This document shows, in pieces, positions 1 to 11,119 of a stretch of 64,000 nt of DNA. The first letter of the stretch is position 1, and every line of letters starts with the position of its first letter. The notes beneath the pieces were generated by a model, which saw nothing but the letters and a program-made list of their open reading frames with translations, searched no databases and was not told where the DNA came from. Origin of the DNA: Lingula anatina (Eukaryota; Animalia; Brachiopoda); the NCBI GenBank assembly GCA_051362555.1, contig CM120645.1, positions 6,758,001 through 6,822,000 on the forward strand. The letters run 5' to 3'. The translations under genes and the position numbers were made by a program.

Positions 1-69
1 AAGTTTCTTTCGTGGGTTTCTATATTCTGTCTGGAGATGGCTTGTCCAGCCGGTCACACGGCTTGATAG
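1..69 (+). CDS. ITIH: ITIH-like (inter-alpha-trypsin inhibitor heavy chain) penultimate exon, 5'-partial
   Basis: Frame from base 3 reads VSFVGFYILSGDGLSSRSHGLIG, resembling the ITIH C-terminal motif (ITIH3-type FLGFYV...THGLLGQFF). Ends at donor G|GTGAGT (70-75), phase 1. Confidence 0.85.
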
Positions 70-400
70 GTGAGTACAGATTCCTTTGAGAGCCTGTTTT
101 AAGATAGTAATGGAAATTGAACATGTCCGGGCATTTCTTGTTGAAGATTGGAATAGAGATGCAGGTTATTGGATAGTCATGTTAATTAATATGCATCCAT
201 CATCCATACAGTTTGGATACTGCAATTAAATTTTTTTCGTGTTTTTGTCACATCTAACTCACGCATACTGATGATAGAAGAAATATTTTATCGACACAGT
301 AAACGTAATAATAGGGCGCGCTTTATTCCCTCAATGTGGTTGTAAGGTATGCTCAGTTTGATGAAAGGTATAATCCTGACATCTGAAACACTCATTTTAG

Positions 401-678
401 GTCAATTCTTCCACCGAGCTGTCAACATCCAGTCTCCAACGGCTTCACCGGCATCTGCTTCCAACCCCGCACTCCTGACATTCCAAGGTCGTTTTAGAAA
501 ACGTCCAGTAGAAGTTCGTCCTGGCAGGCGACTCAACATGAGAACCAATAAGCACGTTGATTGCTGGCACGTGCGGAACAATGGGTGGGGTTTCATCGAC
601 GGCCATTTTGAAAACTACAAGGTGAAGGACATATTGCGCGAAGACCTGGCCATCGACCTTCAACAATTCAAAACCTGA
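401..678 (+). CDS. ITIH: ITIH-like terminal exon (ITI heavy chain C-terminal domain)
   Basis: Acceptor ctcattttag|GT, phase 1, joins GLIG|QFFHR. C-terminus VDCWHVRNNGWGFIDGHFENYKVKDIL matches the ITIH pattern CWFVHNNGxGLIDGxxxDYIVxxLF. Stop TGA at 676-678. The ORF-track start at 349 is intronic. Confidence 0.88.
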
Positions 679-1376
679 TTTGTAAAGTTGGTATGGCGTT
701 TTGGGCATATCATTTCAGAGGGCATTTGACGTGAGACTCAACAGTTTGGAGTTTTTTTTTTTGTCCAACGGGTCTTAATCCACCTCGTTTTTTGTGGAAT
801 CAATTAAGCATTTCAAAGACAATCAGTTTTCTGTTTATGCTGCTCGTGTTTGTGGCACGTTTTTTCTTGCCGTCGGGTCAGGGATGTCTTGTGCCCAACT
901 ATATGTATGTAATGTAAAAGAAACTTACTTCCCAGTGTGTGGCATTTTACTTATTTCTATTTTCATACAATTTGAATGGTTCTTTTACTTAAGCAGGGTA
1001 TGTGAGGATTTGTGTTGCTGTGCTGGTGAAAGGAATATGGTGAATTATTGTTAAGTGTGTTTCTGTATTAGTGCATGTTGGAAGGGGAAATATGTTGACG
1101 GATACACAACGTATTGCATATTAAGTTCGAGGTTGTTTAATTGCCCTTTGGGAGAAAGATTGGGTTTGGATTTGGTTGCATTGACCGTATGGATGTTTGC
1201 GTGTTTTGATCAAAATGTGCCAATTTTCGAAAGTTTCCATGTTACGATAAAACTTTTGATACAAGATGTTCAGTGTAGTTTTAATACATGGTATCGAACT
1301 TCTACGTTGATCTTTATACCTACCATGTGCTAGTATTTTCTCACCCATATTATTTTGTTTCTTTCAACTTTGTGTA

Positions 1377-1382
1377 AATAAA
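1377..1382 (+). terminator. Probable polyadenylation signal of the ITIH-like gene
   Basis: AATAAA about 700 nt after the stop, at the end of a U/GU-rich UTR-like tract. Confidence 0.5.
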
Positions 1383-2421
1383 CATGTATTCGTGCAGTCA
1401 TCGCAGCGTTTGGTCCAAAATATCACCATGTTACACGATCAAACATCTACTGTTCAATATTTCTACTTTTAAAATCTCTACGTTTAATTGTAAATAGTGC
1501 AATAACAAGCATAAATATGCGCAGAAAAATATTACATATAGTAGCGAAGCTACCTGTAACGACCATCCGAATGTTAGTTCGGAACCTGCTCATTTACTAA
1601 CAAGATCGTTTTCCAATGGAGATGGTTCGACGTAACTTAGAATGCGTATTGATGTATACGGCCCATCTCAATAGATAGTTATTTTGCGTTCGCAAACCAC
1701 TAGGTTAATACCGGTACATACATGCCAATGCATCATTGCGATAGCTGTGCATTTTGTGAAACGCAAATGCATTACACAAAGAAAAATTTAATTGATAAAA
1801 GAGGTTAGGAGAGTAAGGTGGGAAACGAATACCGTAAGAAAGCCAAAACGACGAAATTACCAAGTTTCTTAGCTTTGTATAATCAGTGATATATTGATGT
1901 TAGCGTGATTTAATATAATAGCGGGAATGCTATTCAAATACGGTATTAATCTCTCTTAATCTGCGTCGCTTTCTGGTGAGTCAAATACACCTGCGCACGT
2001 ATTCATACCAAGTAAACGCAGTTAAAGCTGCGGGATAACCTGCACAATTACAAATTGTTAATTGCTTGTGAACGCATTGGCGGATTACTGCCTTGTTTGA
2101 TGCGCATTTTTTTGTCTGATCTAAGTTATAGCAACCCTCTACACCGAAGCTATGCCTTCGATGCTTTGTTTCCCGAAGAATACAAATATCAGTTTCATTC
2201 TATGATAATCTTGTTAATTATCTTTTTTTTTGCGCATATAATTCATACAAATATTGACAAGAAGAAAGGTAAATCCAGGGTTATACTAAAAAGGGTTTTA
2301 TTATTTCATGTCTTTAAAAGTCATTGTGTTGGAAAACTATTCCTATCTAGTATCCTACTGAGCTATTACCATCATTCCTTGTTGTACTTGTCTATTTTTT
2401 AATGTTGAAGTCATCCTGATG

Positions 2422-2435
2422 GTTACCATGGAGAT
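2422..2435 (-). promoter_or_regulatory. RFX X-box
   Basis: Minus strand reads ATCTCCATGGTAAC, a full match to the X-box consensus RTHNYYWTRRNRAC. Confidence 0.45.
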
Positions 2436-2797
2436 GGCAACCCGCGTTACTTTCACAGTAATTTCCAAGCAATTTTCCTTGAACGGCTTCGAGTACATGA
2501 AATACAAATAATTAAGATTCAGCAGACTTAAAAGTCAGTTTTTATCGGAAATCCTTTCACCCACAGTGAGGATGCTACTTGCGTTTCCGTGCGGAAAGTC
2601 AATTATCATCCTTTTCCTGTAATGGAGCCTAAAATAAATGCAATATTTACGCAGACATAATCAATCAAATGTAATTTCATTTGAAGATTTACATGGGAAT
2701 AGAGGAAACTGCGATAAAAGTACAATGGACCCTGCATCCGGGTATTAGTCACGGCACAGTTCTTCCCCAGACCCTCCCCTTAGCTTCAGAAGTACGC

Positions 2798-2837
<40 letters not shown>

Positions 2838-2841
<4 letters not shown>

Positions 2842-2954
2842 CACGGTCACAGATTAATTATGTGCACTTTTCTCCACAGTGGGGACATGGGCCATGGATT
2901 AACCCTGGACATGTCTGTTTATATCGAGTCTAAATCAATCTGTGGCCCTGGCAG
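2838..2954. mobile_element. Short MITE-like element with ~18-22 bp imperfect terminal inverted repeats
   Basis: Left CTACCACGGTCACAGATT versus right AATCTGTGGCCCTGGCAG. The right end recurs at 63066-63087 (AATCAATCTGTGGCCCTGGTAG), so this is a dispersed family. Confidence 0.55.
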
Positions 2955-5787
2955 ATGGCACTTTTCTTCTTCTTCCTCCCCCATAACAGTATAAGAAGCA
3001 TAATGGCTGAAAAATATTTTTTAAACCAATTTTTAGTCTTTTAATCCCTGTGCTTTGCATGTAGTCAGCGTCGACCATTTTATACTTGCCGAGAAAAGAT
3101 AGATTGATGTTTTTTCTTGTGCCCCCCCCTCAACAACACATATCTAGCAAATTCCTAAATACGGCTGTATTTTTATATTTTATTGACAAGCGATAATCAT
3201 TGATAATTGGTAATTCAAGTCGAAGTGGAACATTAAAAAAAAAACGTGTTCGGTTATGTGACCAGAATACAGTGTTTTCCCCACGTCTCAAAGATAAAGC
3301 CCTTCAGTAACACTAAAGTCGCATTGTTTTATGTCAAAACAACACAAAATCAATACGATGACACTTCAAAATTCGCCGCAAGTGCAGCAGCAGCAGCTTA
3401 ATATCCATGTGAAAACTATCGATTTTTGCTTCGGCTTTCGATCGATGGGGCATCGGGTTTAAGTCCGCATATCACGGTGAGCTATGGTATAACGACGTAC
3501 ATTGAAACCAAGCTTTGTGATTGCTATATTAAAAAAAAAAGCCCTCTCAGCTCTTGATGGACACGATGCTCTCACATGAGAAATCTAAATAAGTCATGAG
3601 TCAACTGTTTCACAGCGGTATGACGGTGGAAAGGTGGCGAAATTCTCGGGGATAGTTTATGATTTATTTACGGCGCAGGTATACATGCATTTTCAGCGCT
3701 CATCTGTTACATGTTGAAAATGCCTAGCAATAGAATCTCAGGCAGGGAAGTCGTTAGCAACCACGGCGTCGACTAGAAGCCAATTACTACGCTTTTGTAT
3801 ATTATATATACAGTAAGAGCTTCGCTAGTGAATGTTTTATGCATAAGGATAGGGAATTAGGTGGAAAAACCATGATGATAGAAAAAATTAGAATAGACGA
3901 CAAGACAGGATGTCTTTACATATAGAAGGCTCCTGGCGAGATATCTACTTATAGATGTCTTAAATTTATCAGATGCTATGAATGAATCAAACAGTGGGCA
4001 GAACGACGCCCCATGTAATGTGCAGCCTATAATTGTAAAAAATCTAGTCAAGGCAGTCCGAGGGAGATAGAGAGTAAGAGAGAGAGCGAAGAAGAGAGAA
4101 ATGACACGAAAAGCACATGTAAGCCTACTTTGCAGCAGAAGAGATCAGCGTCATTACAAATAATGACTGAAAACAACAGCTGGACTAGAAGAAAATGAAC
4201 GCTGCGGCGATCTTTATTGTTATGCGCAAAGCAAGTATTCGTGCATGATATTACCCAACCTATGTCGATCATCGATTTCTGCGAGGACATGAGGATTATA
4301 ATAACAAGCACGGAGTGAAGGAAAAAGAGAGAAAGAGCGATCTTTATCGGCGGAATAATTGACTTGTGTACGTAAGCGCACAACAAAGACAGACCAATCC
4401 ACTTTGCAATGTGTATAATGCTTTAGGGAGAGACACATTGACAGCTGTGGCCAAGGAATGAGTGCAGTTAACACAGACTGAGAAACAATATCTACATGTA
4501 TATGTAACAGTGAAAACTGCATGCGTGGATGGTTCAAGCAGATGGATCTTCGGTCGTTGTTTGGTCTAGAATAACTGGACTAAGCTCCAACATCTTTGCA
4601 ACGAACTTTGGCGCAGCCTGGCTGAATCATAGGCCTACACGTTTTTACATTCGATTACAGTATGTACCAAGGTGTGGTTACATTTGAGAAAAACACATGA
4701 GAGTTAAAAGGACAAAGAAACAATATTACACAGTGATGACGTCCTAGTGATCGCTGACCATAATTAGATTCTGTTATAGGCAGGTGAGTTTTCTCTGCAA
4801 AGCATACAGTGAGCAGCGGGCATTGAAATCTTTTTGACGTCAGCTCCTTCAAATGTGTCGGTGACGGTAATTGGCTTATCTTGGTCAGCGCTTTGCCGAA
4901 GGAGCTGAATACTCCCTTACAACACGAAAATTCAATAAGAGAAATTCATAACGAGTGATATTCGAGGAAACAGGCTAGGTGTCATTTAGAATCATATTAT
5001 CCACAATACGATAGCCTTATATGTAAAGAGGCGGACGGGACAGAAAACGATCAAGTACGTAGCAGTGAAATAAGTTTGATATATCTGGTGACCAGATTTG
5101 GAAATGATTGCAATATTTTTACAGGAATAAGTAATTATTCAGTTAACTGAGAGGCATTTAATGAAAACAGACAAGACATACTAAATCGTGATCGAGTGCT
5201 AGTTGCTGTAGCTGTCCCACAGTTTGCACAATATACAGAGTTTGGAATTCAAGATAATGGTAACCACTCCCCGAATTTCGATCAAATACGAGAGATTTTT
5301 TAAAATTGAAAGTATGATGTTATTCAAGTAGATTGAACAGAGTAGGCAACAATTAGTGATCTTTTAACAGGAAAAATTAAGTGGTTTGATTAAATCTGGT
5401 ATTTCCTAGGTACACGAACAAACAGGATGAATAACTATGCTTCGTTTCTGGGAAATCCAGTGGCAGAATCTAGGCCAGTATTCTTGAAAATGGACAAACT
5501 AGACAAAGAATACTAATTATACAGGGAAGAGAGAGATAGAGACAGTATTTCAATCGATATTGAGACATGGACACGGCTAAACATATTCTCATTACGGTAC
5601 GCTAGCCTCTGGTTACTGTCTGATTTATAATTCAGGAATCGGACATTTAAGAGGACTTTTGTGAACCAAAAGAAGAAGGGCGTCGTCCATTTTGTATGTC
5701 ACACGCAGAGAGGAATTTCATGACATTTTCATATCCCTTTCTTATCTGCACCGTAATCTTTTCTAATTGACATCGGTGTACAGGGAT

Positions 5788-5801
5788 ATATCCATGGCAA
5801 C
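5788..5801 (+). promoter_or_regulatory. RFX X-box upstream of the SREB GPCR
   Basis: ATATCCATGGCAAC matches RTHNYYWTRRNRAC, about 400 bp upstream of ATG 6199. Confidence 0.5.
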
Positions 5802-6198
5802 GCGCTTTGACTAATCATCTCTAAGAGAGACACAGGATTCAGAGCGCATGTTAAAGTGCTTGCGAGACACTAGGAAACCGGTCATTTTCTTCATTATCTC
5901 TGTCGTATAAGTAACAAGACCGACAGGCCGTCAGAAGAGGAATCCGAACATTTCAGGCTTCCCGTCAATTTATGGAGGACATCAACAGCAGCAATTTAAT
6001 GAAACGTTACTCTTTCCAGTGATCATTACTGGAGAGAAATCAGAGTCATATCTCGGCTGTATATCCCTTAATGGACGAGCAATCTTATTGCAGTATTTGA
6101 ATAAATCGGCACTCTTTCCAGAGAATCACATGTTGATCATACGGCCTAACGTAAACGTTAAGGGGAAATTGATCGAAGACTTGGCTAGACTGGAAAAC

Positions 6199-7383
6199 AT
6201 GTCTGCCCCTTACCGCTACGGGGAAGGGGGGACGCCAGAGTTGATGGAATATTACTCGGTATTGCACATACTGAAATGCGTCACTTTAGGCATCATCATC
6301 GTCACTGCCGTAGCGGGGAATTTTCTGGTTGTTTTCGTGATCAGCAAGGACCGTCGACTACACCGGCCGCCTTACTACTGCATGCTCAGTCTGGCGATGG
6401 CGGATTTGATCCGAAGCGCCGTCTGTCTGCCTTTCGTCTTGGCCACAGTGATGCAGCGGACGTACTGGCTTCGCGGCCAGAGTGGCTGCCGAATCCTCGC
6501 CGGCTTCAACGCCCTGTGCGTTTTCTCGGCTCTCTTCTCCATATTCACCATGGCTTTGGACAGGCATTTCGGTAATATCCACTACGACTTCTACAGAAAG
6601 ATACAAGGGACTACTAGCCTGGCTATAGCCCTCAGCGGATGGATCCTGGCCCTATTCATGGCCCTCTTGCCGGCCCTGGGGCTAGGCAGTTATAGGTATT
6701 ACCCCCTCGAGTCCCAATGCACGTACGAACATGGCTATTACATCTCAAACAACACTCTCGGTTACGCCTTAATTTTTATCGTCGTGGTGATAATAACTGT
6801 TTGCGTTTATGTGGGAATTTTCACCTACCTTAGGAGACGCCGAAGGATGCGTCCAGTGGAAACAGGGGCCGGCGCCCCTGCGAGAAGCACAACGTGGAAT
6901 TTTATCCACCCCGGTGCGCAGTTGATGCACAGGCAGCTCTTGGCGGTGACGCAGCCGACCGTTGCGGTGGGCGCCGCTACCGCAATCCAGGCGCAGCTTT
7001 CCCAGCCTGCGCCTTCCCAGCCGACAGCGGGGAACCAGGGGAGTGGAGGATCAGCGACGACCCCCGCCAGCAGCACACGAAGCTCTTCTTCGAAACAGAC
7101 CGATCAGATAACACGTGCTTTTCTCTGCGTCACTGTCTTTTTCGTCATCCTGTGGATGCCTTACCTGGTGCTTTTCTTTTGGTACATGATCGACGCCAAT
7201 CAGACGCCCCCACTGACATTCATCACTATAGCAACGTGGTGCTCCTATTTCCAGGTTGCCATAGCAACGCCTTTTTATGTTGTTTTCATATCAAAATTCA
7301 GGCGTGGTATTTCGTATTCTATTTGCTGTTGTTGTAGAAGACAAGGCTACGATGTACCTTCATCTACGGTAACTGCGACGTGA
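6199..7383 (+). CDS. GPR85: SREB-family class A orphan GPCR (GPR85/GPR27/GPR173-like), single coding exon
   Basis: Seven hydrophobic helices. SREB signatures: LKCVTLGIIIVTAVAGN, KDRRLHRPPYY..L.LAMADLIRSAVCLPFV, ECL2 ESQCTYEH..NNTLGY, ICL3 RRRMRPV..STTWNFIHPGA, TM6 LWMPY. Start ATG is 6199 (aacATG) or the in-frame 6130; the ORF-track GTG start at 6019 is unlikely. The symbol denotes family, not one-to-one orthology. Confidence 0.92.
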   Translation: MSAPYRYGEGGTPELMEYYSVLHILKCVTLGIIIVTAVAGNFLVVFVISKDRRLHRPPYYCMLSLAMADLIRSAVCLPFVLATVMQRTYWLRGQSGCRILAGFNALCVFSALFSIFTMALDRHFGNIHYDFYRKIQGTTSLAIALSGWILALFMALLPALGLGSYRYYPLESQCTYEHGYYISNNTLGYALIFIVVVIITVCVYVGIFTYLRRRRRMRPVETGAGAPARSTTWNFIHPGAQLMHRQLLAVTQPTVAVGAATAIQAQLSQPAPSQPTAGNQGSGGSATTPASSTRSSSSKQTDQITRAFLCVTVFFVILWMPYLVLFFWYMIDANQTPPLTFITIATWCSYFQVAIATPFYVVFISKFRRGISYSICCCCRRQGYDVPSSTVTAT

Positions 7384-9101
7384 GGAAAAAATTGCTGCAT
7401 ATTCGCAATAAGAGCTTCTGAAACAGTGCATACGATTAAGACTGTTATTGATTCGATTTAAAGCATAAATCTCTGGCTCAATGAATGGATTGTAACAAAC
7501 TTTCTGGGAACTGGAGACTTGCACGTGCTTACTTCGGCATGGGTTTAAGTCGCATAATTGAGCACTTAACTTTTGTTTAGCAAATATTGAAATCCCCTTA
7601 AAATTTCAACTCTTTTACCTTGTCACCAAGGCACGTCATCTCAAAGCCGTTGACAAAATTACGATTTATATATCGACTTTTGAGTTTTCTAGTAATGAAC
7701 ACTGGAATTGGTGAATCTCTCTCGTGGCGGTATGTTAAAAATCAACAGCTCTAAAACGGATTTATAGATAGTAATTATTTCAACGGTTTTGAATTGGGTA
7801 TACGTTGGTGATAAATCGCTGGAATTTTCAGCATTATTTTGCTACATGAAAAGTCAAACGCGCATTGTACGGCTTTAAATTATCGTTTGACGCAATGGTT
7901 ATCATACTTGCAGACGTTTCACTATAAAAACAGTCGAAAGCATGCAGGGTTCCGTAATACAATCCTGCCGCTTCTAGACTTTTGAGACTTTTTTTCATTT
8001 TGTTGTAGTTGTAAGTAATACACGGCAATGGCACAAATCATGGAGTGCACAAAACTAATCAAAGATATAACCACGATGCGAACTTTCACGTACATTTCCT
8101 ATCATTATCCAAGGGAATTGTGAAAAAACGACTGCAGAAATGAAGTGTTCAGATATTTTCTCTTTATCTGCACTTGTCTAGCGACGTTAAGCTTGCTTCA
8201 AATCAATTTGACATTACTTAAAAAGATTAATATAATTTGTGATGCAAATACAGGGAGAGTCTGGTGATTTTTTTTGTGCGTGGGTTCTCCACTGTAACTT
8301 CCATCTGCATCTGTGGTTTTCCTTAAATTATCCCCATTTATAGTGAAAGGGAGCAGCGCGAAATAAGGACAATAGGTTCCACGGCGCTGTAACACAGTGC
8401 GAGTTCTAAACCACACTCCTAAATTGAAAACATTCGACAAAGTAATTGTCTCACCTTCCTGACAGCCACTTTCACTTGAAGTACCGTGCAAAGTGCAGCG
8501 GATGAAGTCCAAACATTAATCCCCCTCCATCGTTATTATTTGCCAAATTAAACTTAGTCCTGTTATCATCCGGCCATTATCTTACTACGATATCCATTTG
8601 TGAATTCTTTGCGGCTTGAGGCATTTTTCGAGGATATAATGAAAAAAAAAAAACTTTTAGAGCCAGTATATCTTATCTTATAGTTGTGTCCGCCTGCTCA
8701 AAGTTTTATTTTAATTTAATTGATTAATTCTCTGTGTTTCAAATCCCCATTTAACAAGGTAATGGCTCATTGTAGTGCATTTTAGTCTGATTTTTATCTT
8801 TAACGGTCCGTATCACTAACACACTGCAGAAGAAAATAAACGGAGCTGCAGATCATGTTTCACATGTCAGATTACTGCGGATACTTGTCTCAATGTCACA
8901 CAAGTGATCCAGGTATTGTCAACTATTCTGTTAGCTAAAATACCGTGTTTTGTACATGGAATATGAGGACTGCTGGCGAACTTATCTCTCAATGATTGAC
9001 AAGGAATTTTGATATCTTTATAATGAAAATATTGCATTCCATGCGAATCGTTCGTTGATTGAATTTGCAATTGATAGGCTTGCTCTCTTGCCTTTCTTTT
9101 C

Positions 9102-9141
<40 letters not shown>

Positions 9142-9400
9142 CAAATAATAGACTTTATCTCGTGTACGTGTTGTATAATCAGGGCGTTGAAAGTGGTTGG
9201 ACTAAAATCCTAAGCCGTGAGTACGCGACTCATCACTTATAACACCAGCACGGCTTGCTGTCACAGGACATAGGTTATTGTGAACAACGACTCGTGTCCT
9301 ATCGAAGGTCAATGCTGGGGATAATGGATTTGAATTAACCTTTCTAAACCACACGCATGTATGCACGTGTGCGTGTGCCAGAACGCGTGTGTATGTGTGC

Positions 9401-9440
<40 letters not shown>

Positions 9441-11042
9441 GTGTGCGTATTTCAGAAAGAAGATATCTCCGCCATCTAATTTAATACACCTTAGTTCGAA
9501 TTGCAATTTTAAGTTTTGTGTGCACATAACGTAAAAATGAATTTTGTTGGGAAGTAGGGAGGGAAATGCTAGAAGTATGTGATGTAGATTGGTAATTCTT
9601 GTAAAATCTGTTTTTTCATCAACATTGTTTCATATTGATTTGTATTTTGGTAAAGTACACATAAATATTGACAGGAAGAAACTCCAACCTTATCATCTTT
9701 GTAAATCACATGAGTGATTTCCTATGCTGATACCTACTGATTAATATAATTTGATTTTTTTAAACTTCATAACTTCCTCTGTGATATATTGTTTTTATTC
9801 CTATAGTACAGTTTGATCTGACAATATAAATATGTTCTTTTTATCAGTTATCGCTTCACTTTCACGATTAAAATGCTATTGTTTAATTTATTTTTGACTC
9901 ATTTATTACGCTTGTGTTTTACTATGATATGGATCTGTGCCTTTAATTGCCAATGTCTTTGCCTGTATGATTTTTGCATGTGGGGTTTGTGTGCGTACGT
10001 GTGTGCGTGCGTGTTCATGTATGTCCCTTTATCTCCCTCTGTGTTTGATTTTTTCTCCTCGTGTCTGTGCGTGTACTTGTGTGTTTGTGTGTGATTGTGT
10101 TTGTGTCGTTGTGTGTGTGTGTGTGTGTGTATGTGTGTTTGCGCGCGCGCGCGTGTGTGTATGAGCTCACGAGCGTGGGGCAATATGTTGGCCATACGTT
10201 AGAACGATATTCTTTACTTCGTTCCCCAGACAATATTCCAGTGTGCTCGAACGTAAGCGTGTGCCTGAAAACTCATCTTAAATGTTATAATATGTATGAG
10301 CACATTCTCAGGCATGTGAAACGTCTATGGTGTGTGTGGGCCCATACTGATGTAAGGTTGGACAACCCCCCTGGGACCTCACTCTACAGACTTCATACTT
10401 ACATTGAACTTCAAAACAAAACGTGGTTGAAATCTTCAGTTTTATTTTGGCTGTGAGGGCAGAAGCCGGCTTTTGAGACTTATCTTATTGATAATTTATC
10501 AGCAAACAATTGATGATAAGTTTATATAATTTATCATCCTTTATGTGGCCATAGGTATATGTTTTCGTGTAAATGTGTAAGTTAGAGAAGGGAATTTGTT
10601 AAGCTGTGAGTGTGTGAGTGGTGTGGGATTTCTTTCACGTACGTGTATTTTATACTATATTGAACGGGAAAATAGGAGAGGAAGCTGGAGATATTTTTGA
10701 AGTTTATCAATCTGTAGAGGAAACGATTTTTAATTTAGTCCTCCTTGTAGATTATTAGGAAATGTTGAAATTTAAGAGTGGAGGGCGACCACATCCAAGT
10801 GCAAACGTGTTACGAAGTCACAAGGGCCACTATTTCTCTTCCCCTCTCGACGAAATATATATATATATATAACAATTTATGTGCGGAAAGTATCAATAAT
10901 ACGTTTCGATTACATAATGATGCCAAGTTCCGTGAGCCTGCATAAAGGATTGAGCATATGAGATTTTCTAACAATAGTAATCTCTCTCTCCCTCTCTCTC
11001 TGGCGAACAAGAAACCATTGTCATTGTTTTGTCCCCACTTCG

Positions 11043-11044
<2 letters not shown>

Positions 11045-11112
<68 letters not shown>
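11045..11112. repeat. Compound (CT)n(CA)n microsatellite
   Basis: Read directly. Similar tracts occur at 2800, 9104, 9402, 14343, 25243, 33052, 47417, 54987, 59043 and elsewhere. Confidence 0.95.

Positions 11113-11119
<7 letters not shown>

Noticed and set aside
6019-6129. GTG-initiated N-terminal extension of the GPCR
   Set aside because: Non-ATG start in a eukaryote; ATG at 6130 or 6199 is more plausible.
6085-7337. Overlapping alternative-frame and antisense ORFs within the GPCR (likewise within KLF15)
   Set aside because: Expected shadows of GC-richer coding sequence; no recognisable motifs.
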